Below, one piece after another: positions 1 through 7,833 of a stretch of 38,847 nucleotides of DNA. The DNA lies in IMG/VR virus record IMGVR_UViG_3300045988_112275. One strand, 5' to 3'. Positions within the stretch are counted from its first letter, which is position 1. Each line of letters opens with the position of its first letter. The position numbers were made by a program, and so were the translations under genes. Below the pieces are notes generated by a model that worked only from the letters and a program-made list of their open reading frames with translations, was not told where the DNA came from and did no database searches. The DNA comes from a virus.

Positions 1-432
1 TATGGTAATGCCAAGGTCTGGGGTGATGCCAAGGTCTATGGTAATGCCAAGGTCTATGGTAATGCCAAGGTCTGTGGTAATGCCGAGGTCTATGATAATG
101 CCAAGGTCTATGGTAATGCCAAGGTCTGTGGTGATGCTAAGGTCTGGGGTGATGCCGAGGTCTATGATAATGCCAAGGTCTATGGTGATGCCAAGGTCTA
201 TGGTAATGCCGAGGTCTATGGTGATGCATGGGTCTATGGTAATGCCGAGGTCTATGGTGATGCATGGGTCTATGGTAATGCCAAGGTCTGTGGTAATGCC
301 GAGGTCTGGGGTGATGCTAAGGTCTCTGGTGATGCCAAGGTCTCTGGTGATGCTAAGGTCTCTGGTGATGCTAAGGTCTATGATAATGCCAAGGTCTATG
401 GTAATGCCAAGGTCTATGGTAATGCCGAGGTC
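1..432 (+). repeat. Tandem 18-bp coding repeat, 24 units (consensus tat ggt aat gcc aag gtc)
   Basis: Counted unit by unit. Differences are confined mainly to codons 1, 3 and 5 of each unit. Confidence 0.95.
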
Positions 433-672
433 TTTTCGATAAGCCATGTACTGGTTATTGGTCCTATTGGAAGCAGAAATGATTTTACAACATTTTTTAG
501 AGATAAAGACAGCGAAATTACTGTTAAATGCGGCTGTTTCATTGGGAAAATTGACAAATTCCTCGAAAAAGTTTGCGAGACACATGGTGACAGTAAGTAT
601 GCGATTGTATACAGGAGTGCAGCTGAAATTGCTAAGCAGCAGATTGATTTATCGGAGAAAAAGCAATTATGA
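1..672 (+). CDS. Hexapeptide-repeat (beta-solenoid-like) protein, C-terminal part. The N-terminal part is 38612..38847
   Basis: Frame 1 is open from base 1 and reads YGNAKV WGDAKV ... for 24 units. It continues FSISHVLVIGPIGSRNDFTTFFRDKD...KKQL and stops at TGA 670-672. The track ORF 2..442 (MVMPRS...) is the out-of-frame shadow. Confidence 0.8.
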   Translation, partial: YGNAKVWGDAKVYGNAKVYGNAKVCGNAEVYDNAKVYGNAKVCGDAKVWGDAEVYDNAKVYGDAKVYGNAEVYGDAWVYGNAEVYGDAWVYGNAKVCGNAEVWGDAKVSGDAKVSGDAKVSGDAKVYDNAKVYGNAKVYGNAEVFSISHVLVIGPIGSRNDFTTFFRDKDSEITVKCGCFIGKIDKFLEKVCETHGDSKYAIVYRSAAEIAKQQIDLSEKKQL

Positions 673-701
673 AATTAAATAAATCAGTATCTACACTTGA
701 T

Positions 702-842
702 ATGGACGATGAAAAAGTATGTATGTGGATCATACACTTTACAGACGGAACACTTGCCAGTTGCTACGGAACGATCCAGAAAGCCAAAGACCAGGCAGAA
801 GAAAAGAAAGACCTCTACGGAGGAGGATACATCATTACATAA
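702..842 (+). CDS. Hypothetical 46-aa protein (MDDEKVCMWIIHFTDGTLASCYGTIQKAKDQAEEKKDLYGGGYIIT)
   Basis: Below the track size cutoff. It ends 6 nt before hairpin 848-869. No clear SD. The competing track ORFs 697..897 and 719..907 read through the hairpins. Confidence 0.3.
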   Translation: MDDEKVCMWIIHFTDGTLASCYGTIQKAKDQAEEKKDLYGGGYIIT

Positions 843-847
843 AAAGA

Positions 848-869
848 CCCGTACACGGCAATGTACGGG
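848..869 (+). other. 8-bp hairpin CCCGTACA-cggcaa-TGTACGGG
   Basis: Perfect inverted repeat read directly from the sequence. Confidence 0.7.
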
Positions 870-878
870 CAAGAGGTT

Positions 879-930
879 TTACGTCCTCTGGTATTAGACC
901 TGTCTAAACTATACCATCCAGAGGACGTAA
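879..930. promoter_or_regulatory. 13-bp perfect inverted repeat (TTACGTCCTCTGG / CCAGAGGACGTAA) with a 26-nt loop; candidate origin hairpin
   Basis: Read directly. Lies in the non-coding stretch about 110 nt upstream of the HUH Rep gene. Confidence 0.4.
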
Positions 931-942
931 GGTCAAGAAAAT

Positions 943-970
943 GCGGGAAAAATCCCGTTTTTATTTTTAA
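943..970 (+). terminator. Rho-independent terminator (GCGGGA aaaa TCCCGT + TTTTTATTTTT)
   Basis: Short GC stem followed by a T-rich run. Confidence 0.6.
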
Positions 971-998
971 ATTTTTTGGGGACAGGACCCCTTCAAGG

Positions 999-1005
999 CT
1001 TGATA
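999..1005 (+). promoter_or_regulatory. CTTGATA heptamer, identical to the nick-site core of phiX174 gpA / pC194-type origins
   Basis: Motif sits 32 nt upstream of the Rep ATG. A 7-mer alone is weak evidence. Confidence 0.3.
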
Positions 1006-1036
1006 AGGAGTATTAGAGATAGGTACGAGGTGGTAT

Positions 1037-1795
1037 ATGAGGTTTGGATACATAAGACATATATGGGAGTGTGGAGAAACTCTGGAAGTAGAAGAAAAGC
1101 ACACCGGCAGATATGGAGCCAGTGGGCAGAAGAGACAAAAAAGAAAGAAAGCAACTCCGGAGGATATCAAGAGGCAGAATCAATGGAAAAAAGAAAGAGA
1201 TCTCCGCAGGCTGATCAAGTGGAATTTCGGAAAGCATGATTACTGGATGACCATTACATACAGAAAAGGGGATCGCCCTACATGGGATGAAATGATAAAG
1301 GATATCCAGAAGCTGATCAAAGATGTTCGGAAGTGTTACCGCAAGATCGGAAAAGAATTAAAGTACATATACCGTCTTCAGATCGGAAAAAGAGGAGGCC
1401 CGCATATCCATATTCTGGTAAACCGGGTTCAGAGCCAGGAAGGGGGAACAGACATCTTCTTTTCGGAGTGCTGGAAAAAAGGCCACATTAATTTTCGCTC
1501 CCTCTACGAAACAGGAAATTTTGAAGATCTGGCAGAGTATATAGCAAAACCGATAGAAGAATGGGAGCCAAAAGAAGCAAAACGGTACCACCCGTCCCGA
1601 AACCTGATCCGCAGAGAGCCAAAAGAAAAAGTAATCAATCGAAGAAATCTGGTTGATAAGCAGGGGAGAATGATCCTGCCAAAAGCACCCAGAGGCTATT
1701 ACATAGACCCAGACTCTATCAGAATGGGCATTAACCCCGTTACTGGATACGCCTACAGGCATTACACCTTAATTAAACTGGACAGGAGGATTTGA
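1037..1795 (+). CDS. HUH-superfamily rolling-circle replication initiator (Rep)
   Basis: Motif 1-like WMTITY, HUH motif GGPHIHILV and Tyr motif LAEYIAKP occur in the canonical order. SD GAGGTGG precedes the ATG. Confidence 0.75.
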   Translation: MRFGYIRHIWECGETLEVEEKHTGRYGASGQKRQKRKKATPEDIKRQNQWKKERDLRRLIKWNFGKHDYWMTITYRKGDRPTWDEMIKDIQKLIKDVRKCYRKIGKELKYIYRLQIGKRGGPHIHILVNRVQSQEGGTDIFFSECWKKGHINFRSLYETGNFEDLAEYIAKPIEEWEPKEAKRYHPSRNLIRREPKEKVINRRNLVDKQGRMILPKAPRGYYIDPDSIRMGINPVTGYAYRHYTLIKLDRRI

Positions 1796-2203
1796 ATGAA
1801 ACAGGTATCGATCTTTATCGTCACGTCCGCCAGATCACCGGGAAAGACCAAAAAAGCCTGGTACCGGTACATGATGTATTGTGACGGACACCATATAGAT
1901 AAAAAACAGCAGGTTCTGGCAACTACAGGGCACCGGCTTGTATTGGAGTGCGCCATAGCTGCCCTAAAACGCATGACAAAGCCATCCATGATTACATTTT
2001 TTACAAACTGTCATTATTTCGCCAATGGCCAGAGACAGCTTGCTTCCTGGAGGGAAAACGGATGGAAGCGGTCTGACGGGAAAGAGCTGAGGAATCTGGA
2101 CCTATGGCAGCAGTTGGAGGAGTTACTGCGTCCCCATGCGGTCTCATTCCAGATGGAAAATATGGAACTCTACAAAAATCCTGATGAAACCCCATGGAGT
2201 TAG
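1796..2203 (+). CDS. RNase HI-like protein with a degenerate active site
   Basis: Aligns by eye to E. coli RNase HI: MKQVSIFIVTS vs LKQVEIFTDGS, and TTGHRLVLECAIAAL...FFTNCHY...WRENGWKRSDGKELRNLDLWQQLEELL vs TTNNRMELMAAIVAL...LSTDSQY...[27 protein letters not shown]. Its ATG directly abuts the Rep stop. Confidence 0.75.
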   Translation: MKQVSIFIVTSARSPGKTKKAWYRYMMYCDGHHIDKKQQVLATTGHRLVLECAIAALKRMTKPSMITFFTNCHYFANGQRQLASWRENGWKRSDGKELRNLDLWQQLEELLRPHAVSFQMENMELYKNPDETPWS

Positions 2204-2408
2204 GCAAAATGGGCGTTTGCGGCATTATGGGGATAAAAAAGTGGATAACAACCAAAAGACACGGTTTTGCTGGTAGAAATTAAGGGGTTAAGGCTGTGGA
2301 AACAGGATTTTGAAAGACAAATTCAGAAAACTGTCTACGAAAATCCGCAAATAAGTCTGGAAACCACGATAAAGTACAGGGAAAAACGTGTCCGCGAAAG
2401 GAGAAATC

Positions 2409-4196
2409 ATGGAACAGTTACGATTGACCCTGCCGGAATTAGAGCAGGAAGAGAAGCAGATCCGGGAGAATCTGGGAGGGATCGTCCGGAATTTTGTCCG
2501 GACCGGCTGGCATTTGTCTCGGATTGACCGGTCAGGTGCGTATAAGTTAAAAGGTTACAACTCGATTGCAGAATATGCCCGGGAAACTTTCGGTATGGCG
2601 CCGGATGGAGTAAGCCGGTTCATCCATGTGTACGAAAAGTATTCCATTCAGGGAGATACACCGGAGCTCCGGGAAGAATACAGAGATTTTAATTTTTCCC
2701 AGCTTACGGAGATGCTGCAGCTTCCGGAAGATGATCATGCAATGATCCGGCCGGAAACCAAGCGGGAAGATATCCGTGACCTAAAGAAATTTAATAAGCA
2801 GTCCGAACACAATCCGGACAACCTCCTGAACTGGCAGCAGGATCCGGACGATATCATCCGGGAGGCAGTAAAGGAGTTTTTCAAAGCCAGGAAAAAAGAC
2901 CTGAATGAAATCTATGATCAGTACGGTGTCGGACCGTACCAGGAAGAAGATATAAAAAAGATGGCCAGATTCCTGTACCACGAGAAGAAAAAGAAATTCC
3001 AGACGAACAGAGTGTTCGTAATGCTCTATCCGGATCAGGTTTTTATAAAGAGTTCCGACGGAGAGCTGCATGATATCACCTGGCCAGAATTTTTCCAGAC
3101 TATGGGATCGATCTTTGATGGTTCCGCAGCCGGGAAAGACACCTGGGAAAACTATTTCAATCCAGAGACAGAAAAACAGATCCCCGGTCAGGATAACATC
3201 ATGAATCATCCGGAATATCTTCCAGGGAAACTCCATGGCAGGAAATTTGAGCACTGCATTTATCTTCCAGAAGAGGACTGCATCTCTGAAGATTGCGGAT
3301 CATGCGAAAAGAAGAAACTCCTGGACAAGCAGGAAACAAAGGAGCAGAAAAATGTAGAGATAATCCCAAAAGGCAGATGCACAACCGGACAGAGCCGATC
3401 AGGGCGCTGCGGAGCCGCTTACTATTGCGCGGAACCAGTGGATTGCTGTGCAAAATGTAACAATGATTGCAATAGCCGCTGCGGGTGGATTGAGAAGCCA
3501 AAATCAGTAGACGCAGAAACACCAGAAGAAACTTGCGAGACAGTAATTGCGCCGGCGCAAGTAGAAATGATTCCTGTAGAGGGCATTGATGCAAAGGATA
3601 TAAAAGCAGAAGAACTTTCTCTGGAAAACCTAAGCATCCGGATAAACACAGATGTATGGCCGGAAGATTTATCGGATATTCCGGTACCGTCTGAGTTATT
3701 CATCCGGGAATACCTGGAAGAGGAAGAAAAGACACTGAGAGATTACCTGGAATGCGGAGGCCTTCCGGAAAGAACAATTCTCCGGCAGCAGTTAAAGGTG
3801 GCTGGTCTCAGGATCATCCGGAATCTGGTCAAAGACGTCCTGGAAACAGAGGAAACAACCCAGCCAGAGCTTCCGCGCCTGAAGAATAACGAGGAACGGA
3901 AAGAGTGGCTGCGGAATTATAAAACATGGCCCCTGCGCCATGTAGACGCTTATACAGGTGCAAAATATTACGAGTACAGATTTGATAACGGAGCTGTCCT
4001 TGTGGTCGAAGAATGGAAGACAGAAGGAAACAGATACATACCGGATCACGAAAACGTCTATATGCATCTGATCGGAGGACCGGAAGCACCAAGGGGGCAA
4101 TACGGAACTCGAAAATGGGAAACACATGATAAATTCAACCGTTTTCCGGACAACGAAACCGCGATTGTGGAATTTTTAAAAGCTGTCCAGAAGTAA
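2409..4196 (+). CDS. Large early protein (595 aa), function unknown. N-terminal region is HTH-like and a central Cys-rich cluster is present
   Basis: The ATG at 2409 follows AAAGGAG; the track start at 2388 lacks an SD. Cys cluster: CISEDCGSCEKK...GRCTTGQSRSGRCGAAYYCAEPVDCCAKCNNDCNSRCGW. Confidence 0.8.
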   Translation: MEQLRLTLPELEQEEKQIRENLGGIVRNFVRTGWHLSRIDRSGAYKLKGYNSIAEYARETFGMAPDGVSRFIHVYEKYSIQGDTPELREEYRDFNFSQLTEMLQLPEDDHAMIRPETKREDIRDLKKFNKQSEHNPDNLLNWQQDPDDIIREAVKEFFKARKKDLNEIYDQYGVGPYQEEDIKKMARFLYHEKKKKFQTNRVFVMLYPDQVFIKSSDGELHDITWPEFFQTMGSIFDGSAAGKDTWENYFNPETEKQIPGQDNIMNHPEYLPGKLHGRKFEHCIYLPEEDCISEDCGSCEKKKLLDKQETKEQKNVEIIPKGRCTTGQSRSGRCGAAYYCAEPVDCCAKCNNDCNSRCGWIEKPKSVDAETPEETCETVIAPAQVEMIPVEGIDAKDIKAEELSLENLSIRINTDVWPEDLSDIPVPSELFIREYLEEEEKTLRDYLECGGLPERTILRQQLKVAGLRIIRNLVKDVLETEETTQPELPRLKNNEERKEWLRNYKTWPLRHVDAYTGAKYYEYRFDNGAVLVVEEWKTEGNRYIPDHENVYMHLIGGPEAPRGQYGTRKWETHDKFNRFPDNETAIVEFLKAVQK

Positions 4197-4220
4197 TTTG
4201 AACCAAGATGGAGGAAAACA

Positions 4221-5030
4221 ATGGGAAGAGCTGAACTAAGACGCCAGGCCAAGAGCCGGAAGAAGGAACAGGAGAAAGTCAACAAAGTATTAAAAAACGC
4301 AGGTTTTCCGGAGTTCCGCCTTCCACCGGCACCACTAAAGACCACGAATCTGTCTGATCAGGAAGTAGCCAATATTACCGGTACAAAAATCGCTGTACTG
4401 GAACAATGGAGAAAAGAACAGACAGAAGAGATCAGAAAAGCATGCATCCTGGAAGCACAGGAGAAGTTAGATAAGGCAGAGAACTTCGTCACCCTCTGCA
4501 ATGTGATCACATCTCTGAAAGCCCTGGAAGGTTTCCGGTACGGCAGGGCGGCAGCAGAACATATGCTAAGTCATTATTCAGAAAGTGTTGTGGCGTCAGA
4601 AAAAAACAATATCCAAACCACCTACAAAGAACTCCGGGACAAATGGGGAATCGATCTGGAATTCGAAGATCCAGAACTCGACAAAGAGATGGGATTTGAA
4701 GACGCAAACTGGATGGAGGAATACATAGGCAGAAATATCCCATATTCCGTTTACGAAAAGATCTGGGACGATTCCAGGAATATCCAGTCTGTCTACACCC
4801 AGCTTGCAGTGATCTGGGAGCTGTGTGAAGAGTTTGGTTTTGCAAAACATAAATCCGGATCCGGGAATATGTTGGACAAGTTTATGCATGGAAGCAAAGA
4901 AAAATATGACCAGATCGACCAGATGAAGCACGGAGCCCGGGATACCATGAAACTTCTGAAAGAAAAATACGATATCGATATCGGATGGGCAGAAAAGACC
5001 GAAGACACCATAAGGAGGTTTGATCTATGA
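4221..5030 (+). CDS. Hypothetical early protein (269 aa)
   Basis: Long ORF with an SD (GGAGGAAAACA ATG) and an ATGA overlap with the next ORF. Confidence 0.8.
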   Translation: MGRAELRRQAKSRKKEQEKVNKVLKNAGFPEFRLPPAPLKTTNLSDQEVANITGTKIAVLEQWRKEQTEEIRKACILEAQEKLDKAENFVTLCNVITSLKALEGFRYGRAAAEHMLSHYSESVVASEKNNIQTTYKELRDKWGIDLEFEDPELDKEMGFEDANWMEEYIGRNIPYSVYEKIWDDSRNIQSVYTQLAVIWELCEEFGFAKHKSGSGNMLDKFMHGSKEKYDQIDQMKHGARDTMKLLKEKYDIDIGWAEKTEDTIRRFDL

Positions 5031-5221
5031 ATACCAGACAGAAAAAGAAACAGTTCAAGAAAGTCCACGGGGAGAATCCTCCAAAGTGGATGGAATTATG
5101 TGGGGAACGTCTCCGGATCCGGACACCGAAGCTGATCCGGCAGCAGGAAACCGGAAATCTGAAAGTATTTATCGAGGCCATGACAGAGAGGAGAAAGAAA
5201 TGCAGGAAAAGAAGTTGGTAG
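5027..5221 (+). CDS. Small basic protein (64 aa)
   Basis: The ATG lies 8 nt after TAAGGAGG and shares an ATGA stop/start overlap with the upstream gene. Confidence 0.5.
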   Translation: MNTRQKKKQFKKVHGENPPKWMELCGERLRIRTPKLIRQQETGNLKVFIEAMTERRKKCRKRSW

Positions 5222-5520
5222 AGTTGCTGGATGGTTTAATGAGTGCAGCTTGTGATAACTGTAAAAAAATAGAGGGAGTATCCCAGGAAGAAGCGGATGA
5301 AATCTGTGCGAAATGCCCTGCAGGAGATCACACCTGCGCAATCCTGAATGAAAACAATCGGTATTCAAAAATCGTACTCTGCAGCGAATGTGAATATTAC
5401 CGTAAAGATTACGATTGCCAGGGAAATGAATTTGCCTGGTGCCGGCTAAAAGATGGACTTGACGGAAACGTCGATCCGGATGATGGCTGCAGCAGAGGAA
5501 AAAGAAAAGGGTGCAACTAA
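5200..5520 (+). CDS. Cys-rich small protein (106 aa; CDNC, CAKC, CSEC pairs)
   Basis: An internal ATG at 5200 follows GAGAGGAG. The track ORF 5020..5520 starts at a TTG only 1 nt after the SD. Confidence 0.65.
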   Translation: MQEKKLVELLDGLMSAACDNCKKIEGVSQEEADEICAKCPAGDHTCAILNENNRYSKIVLCSECEYYRKDYDCQGNEFAWCRLKDGLDGNVDPDDGCSRGKRKGCN

Positions 5521-5575
5521 AATCCAAATATATCACACAAATAAAGGGGCGGTATTCCGCCCCGGAAAGGAGCCT

Positions 5576-5935
5576 ATGGAACAGACGGGGTTGTTATTTC
5601 CAAAAACACCAACGAAAAAGAAGAAAAAACACCATAAACCAAGCATCTTGCAAGACAAGAATCGCACCTGTTATCTCTGTATCTTACTGAATGGAGATCA
5701 TCATAAACACAAAACCCTCCATGAGCATCATATTTTCGGAGGACCAAACCGGATCCACTCCGAAGAGGAAGGGTTAAAAGTCTATCTTTGTCCGGAACAC
5801 CATCTTACAGGACCGGCAGCAGTCCACAGATGCCAGGAGACGCAAAACATCCTGCATCAGATCGGCCAGCAGGAATTTGAGAAAACCCATACCAGAGAAG
5901 AGTTTATGAACATATTCGGGAGGAACTATCTATGA
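5576..5935 (+). CDS. Cys/His-rich protein (CYLC...HEHHIFGG...CPEHH), possible HNH-type zinc-finger nuclease
   Basis: The ATG at 5576 follows AAGGAG. The motif spacing resembles HNH-like phage proteins, recalled from memory only. Confidence 0.65.
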   Translation: MEQTGLLFPKTPTKKKKKHHKPSILQDKNRTCYLCILLNGDHHKHKTLHEHHIFGGPNRIHSEEEGLKVYLCPEHHLTGPAAVHRCQETQNILHQIGQQEFEKTHTREEFMNIFGRNYL

Positions 5936-6156
5936 ATTTTAAAATATGGCCAAGAAGCCAGAAAGAAAAAGGCGGATGCGCCTGTATGCCGCTTAAGAGA
6001 AATATCCCACAAGGAAGAAAAGGATGGAAACTGATCACATGCCCGGAGTGTGGAGCAGAGTGCTGGGAAACACCACTCCTCCAGAGTATCAAACGGTCAG
6101 ATCCGGCGTTAAAGACACTTTGTACATTTTGTGCAATAAAGAAGGGGGTAAATTAA
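5932..6156 (+). CDS. Zinc-ribbon small protein (74 aa; CPEC...CTFC)
   Basis: ATGA overlap with the upstream gene. Confidence 0.7.
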   Translation: MNFKIWPRSQKEKGGCACMPLKRNIPQGRKGWKLITCPECGAECWETPLLQSIKRSDPALKTLCTFCAIKKGVN

Positions 6157-6157
6157 A

Positions 6158-6333
6158 ATGAATAAAACCTGTGCAACCTGTATTGACAATGACAACGGCC
6201 TCTGCGACCGCAAGGGAATCCTGATCAACGATGACGATACAGTAATTCTTATGAATGCAAATATTGCGGTAATGAATTAGAACCGCAGGACATCTTCGGA
6301 GAATATTGCAAATGGTGTGGTCAGAAGTTATAA
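6158..6333 (+). pseudogene. Zinc-ribbon ORF split between two frames
   Basis: Frame A, 6158-6280: MNKTCATCIDNDNGLCDRKGILINDDDTVILMNANIAVMN*. Frame B is open 6235-6333 and has no start codon: RYSNSYECKYCGNELEPQDIFGEYCKWCGQKL*. Confidence 0.4.
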
Positions 6334-6401
6334 ACGCAATTGATTTTCCTGCGAGTTTTCTTTTGAGTTAAATCGCAAAGGAACTCGGAAAGGCGGTAAA
6401 T

Positions 6402-6593
6402 ATGGAAGAACTAAAGAAATGCCCGTTTTGTGGTGGAGAAGCGAAAATGAAAGTTAATGAAAGCACATTAAACACTTTAATCGCTTGCCCGTCTTGTAAT
6501 GTTACAATGAAAAATAATTTCAAAGGGCATAAAAGAATAAAAAAACTGTTAGAAGAATTAGCAATCGAAGCATGGAATAGGAGAGTGGAATAA
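6402..6593 (+). CDS. Lar-family restriction-alleviation-like protein
   Basis: Shows KKCPFCGG...ACPSC...AIEAWNRR, the signature I recall for Lar-like proteins. Length is about 63 aa. Confidence 0.65.
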   Translation: MEELKKCPFCGGEAKMKVNESTLNTLIACPSCNVTMKNNFKGHKRIKKLLEELAIEAWNRRVE

Positions 6594-6766
6594 TGATTTT
6601 AATTTGTCCTGATCTAGTAGGGAAAGAAGAAGTGAAAGCAATATGTGTGGGGAATGGAGATTTTGTAAGACCGGTATTAAATCCATGCATTAAAGAAAAA
6701 TGTGTGGCTTACAAAGATGGAAAGTGCATGAAATATGACAATGAAGTGGATGTAAAAGATGACTGA
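6593..6766 (+). CDS. Small Cys-containing protein (57 aa)
   Basis: TAATG overlap with the Lar-like gene, and it overlaps the next start by 8 nt. Below the track cutoff. Confidence 0.5.
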   Translation: MILICPDLVGKEEVKAICVGNGDFVRPVLNPCIKEKCVAYKDGKCMKYDNEVDVKDD

Positions 6767-7073
6767 TTTAGAATTGCAGAAAAAGAGATTTGTAAATCAT
6801 GTAGCTAAATTCACGGATTATGGCAACATCAAGATTGTAGACTTTAAAATGCCTGATAGCGGTGAATACAGAATCAGATTCCTTTTTGAAGAAGATTATT
6901 GCCGGTTGCATATTTCTGGGGATTTAGGAGAACTTATTGCAACAAATTATAATAATATGACATTTAAAGGTTTTTCGGATTTTGTAAATGATATTGGTTA
7001 TTTTGAAGAAAAATCGATTGCCATAACAGAAGAATATATACATATGATTCCGAAGATGCAAAAAAAGATTTAA
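6759..7073 (+). CDS. Hypothetical protein, probably the N-terminal part of a split gene
   Basis: The frame ends ...TEEYIHMIPKMQKKI*. The next frame is already open from 7007. Confidence 0.6.
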   Translation: MTDLELQKKRFVNHVAKFTDYGNIKIVDFKMPDSGEYRIRFLFEEDYCRLHISGDLGELIATNYNNMTFKGFSDFVNDIGYFEEKSIAITEEYIHMIPKMQKKI

Positions 7074-7081
7074 AAGAATTA

Positions 7082-7363
7082 TTGGAAGAATGGGATATGA
7101 TGGAAGAGGTTTTACAACATGATAGATATGAGTGGGAAACAGACGAAGATAAGCTAGAAGAGTTTTATGAAGGTGTACTTGAAGATTTTTCTGAGGATAC
7201 AGGAGTTGGTTCAAAAGGATATGATGCACTGTCAGAATATTTCAGTGATGCATGGGAATTTATTAGTGATATCGGAAAAAGACCTACATACATTTTAGAT
7301 GTGTATATGCTGGCGTTTAAATTAGCGACAGAGCAGTTAAAGGAGAAAGGAGTGATTCAATGA
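7082..7363 (+). CDS. Hypothetical acidic protein, probably the C-terminal part of a split gene
   Basis: Only a TTG start or weak ATG starts are available. The same frame upstream reads YTYDSEDAKKDLKELLEEW, continuous with this ORF. Confidence 0.6.
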   Translation: MEEWDMMEEVLQHDRYEWETDEDKLEEFYEGVLEDFSEDTGVGSKGYDALSEYFSDAWEFISDIGKRPTYILDVYMLAFKLATEQLKEKGVIQ

Positions 7364-7833
7364 ACGTACTGGAGAAGATCTTGGAAGAGATAAAAGACAA
7401 TGCCAAACTTGGGAATATGCACTGGGAAAACATAAGGATTGAAAAAGTAGAGGAAATCATCCGTTCCCACATGGACGAGATTACAAATATGTCTGGAAAA
7501 AGATTAATTGATGCAAATGCACTTGATGATGAAGTAATGAATTTTTTTCTTGCTATTACAGGAAATCCGAAGCAGACAACAGTCGTCAGAGAATGTAAGG
7601 AATCATTCAGAAGAATGATTGATGAGCAGCCAACGATATATGCATGTGACAGCTGGATTCCGGTCAGTAAGCGGATGCCGGAAGACGGAGAAACTGTTTT
7701 GTGTACAGATGGAGAAGATATCTTTCTTGTAGAGTATGAAGCTAGCTTAGATGTTGGCTTTGGAGATATGGACTGGATAACCGCTTGGCAGCCACTTCCA
7801 GATCCATACAAACCAGAGGAGGATAAACCATGA
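7360..7833 (+). CDS. DUF551-like domain protein
   Basis: The C-terminus WIPVSKRMPEDGETVL...ITAWQPLPDPYKPE matches the DUF551 pattern from memory. Confidence 0.7.
   Translation: MNVLEKILEEIKDNAKLGNMHWENIRIEKVEEIIRSHMDEITNMSGKRLIDANALDDEVMNFFLAITGNPKQTTVVRECKESFRRMIDEQPTIYACDSWIPVSKRMPEDGETVLCTDGEDIFLVEYEASLDVGFGDMDWITAWQPLPDPYKPEEDKP

Noticed and set aside
1-432. CRISPR array or DGR variable region
   Set aside because: The repeats are contiguous with no spacers and lie in frame inside a gene. No reverse transcriptase or template repeat exists anywhere in the window. Unit differences are not restricted to adenine positions (ggt/gat and gcc/gct/gca also vary).
2-442. Track ORF encoding MVMPRS... 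repeats
   Set aside because: It is the +1 shadow of the 18-bp repeat. Frame 1 (YGNAKV...) is continuous with the ORF at the window's 3' end and with a non-repeat C-terminal domain ending at 672.
697-907. Track ORFs 697..897 and 719..907
   Set aside because: Both read straight through two strong hairpins and give highly basic low-complexity products. The 702..842 frame ends just before the hairpins, although it too is only weakly supported.
892-917. Shared 10-mer GTCTAAACTA in the origin-hairpin loop (902-911) and at 15834-15843
   Set aside because: Many 10-mer coincidences are expected by chance in all-against-all comparison of a 39-kb sequence, and there is no supporting context.
2267-2527. 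86-aa ORF upstream of and overlapping the 595-aa gene
   Set aside because: No SD, arginine-rich junk composition, and it overlaps the well-supported start at 2409.
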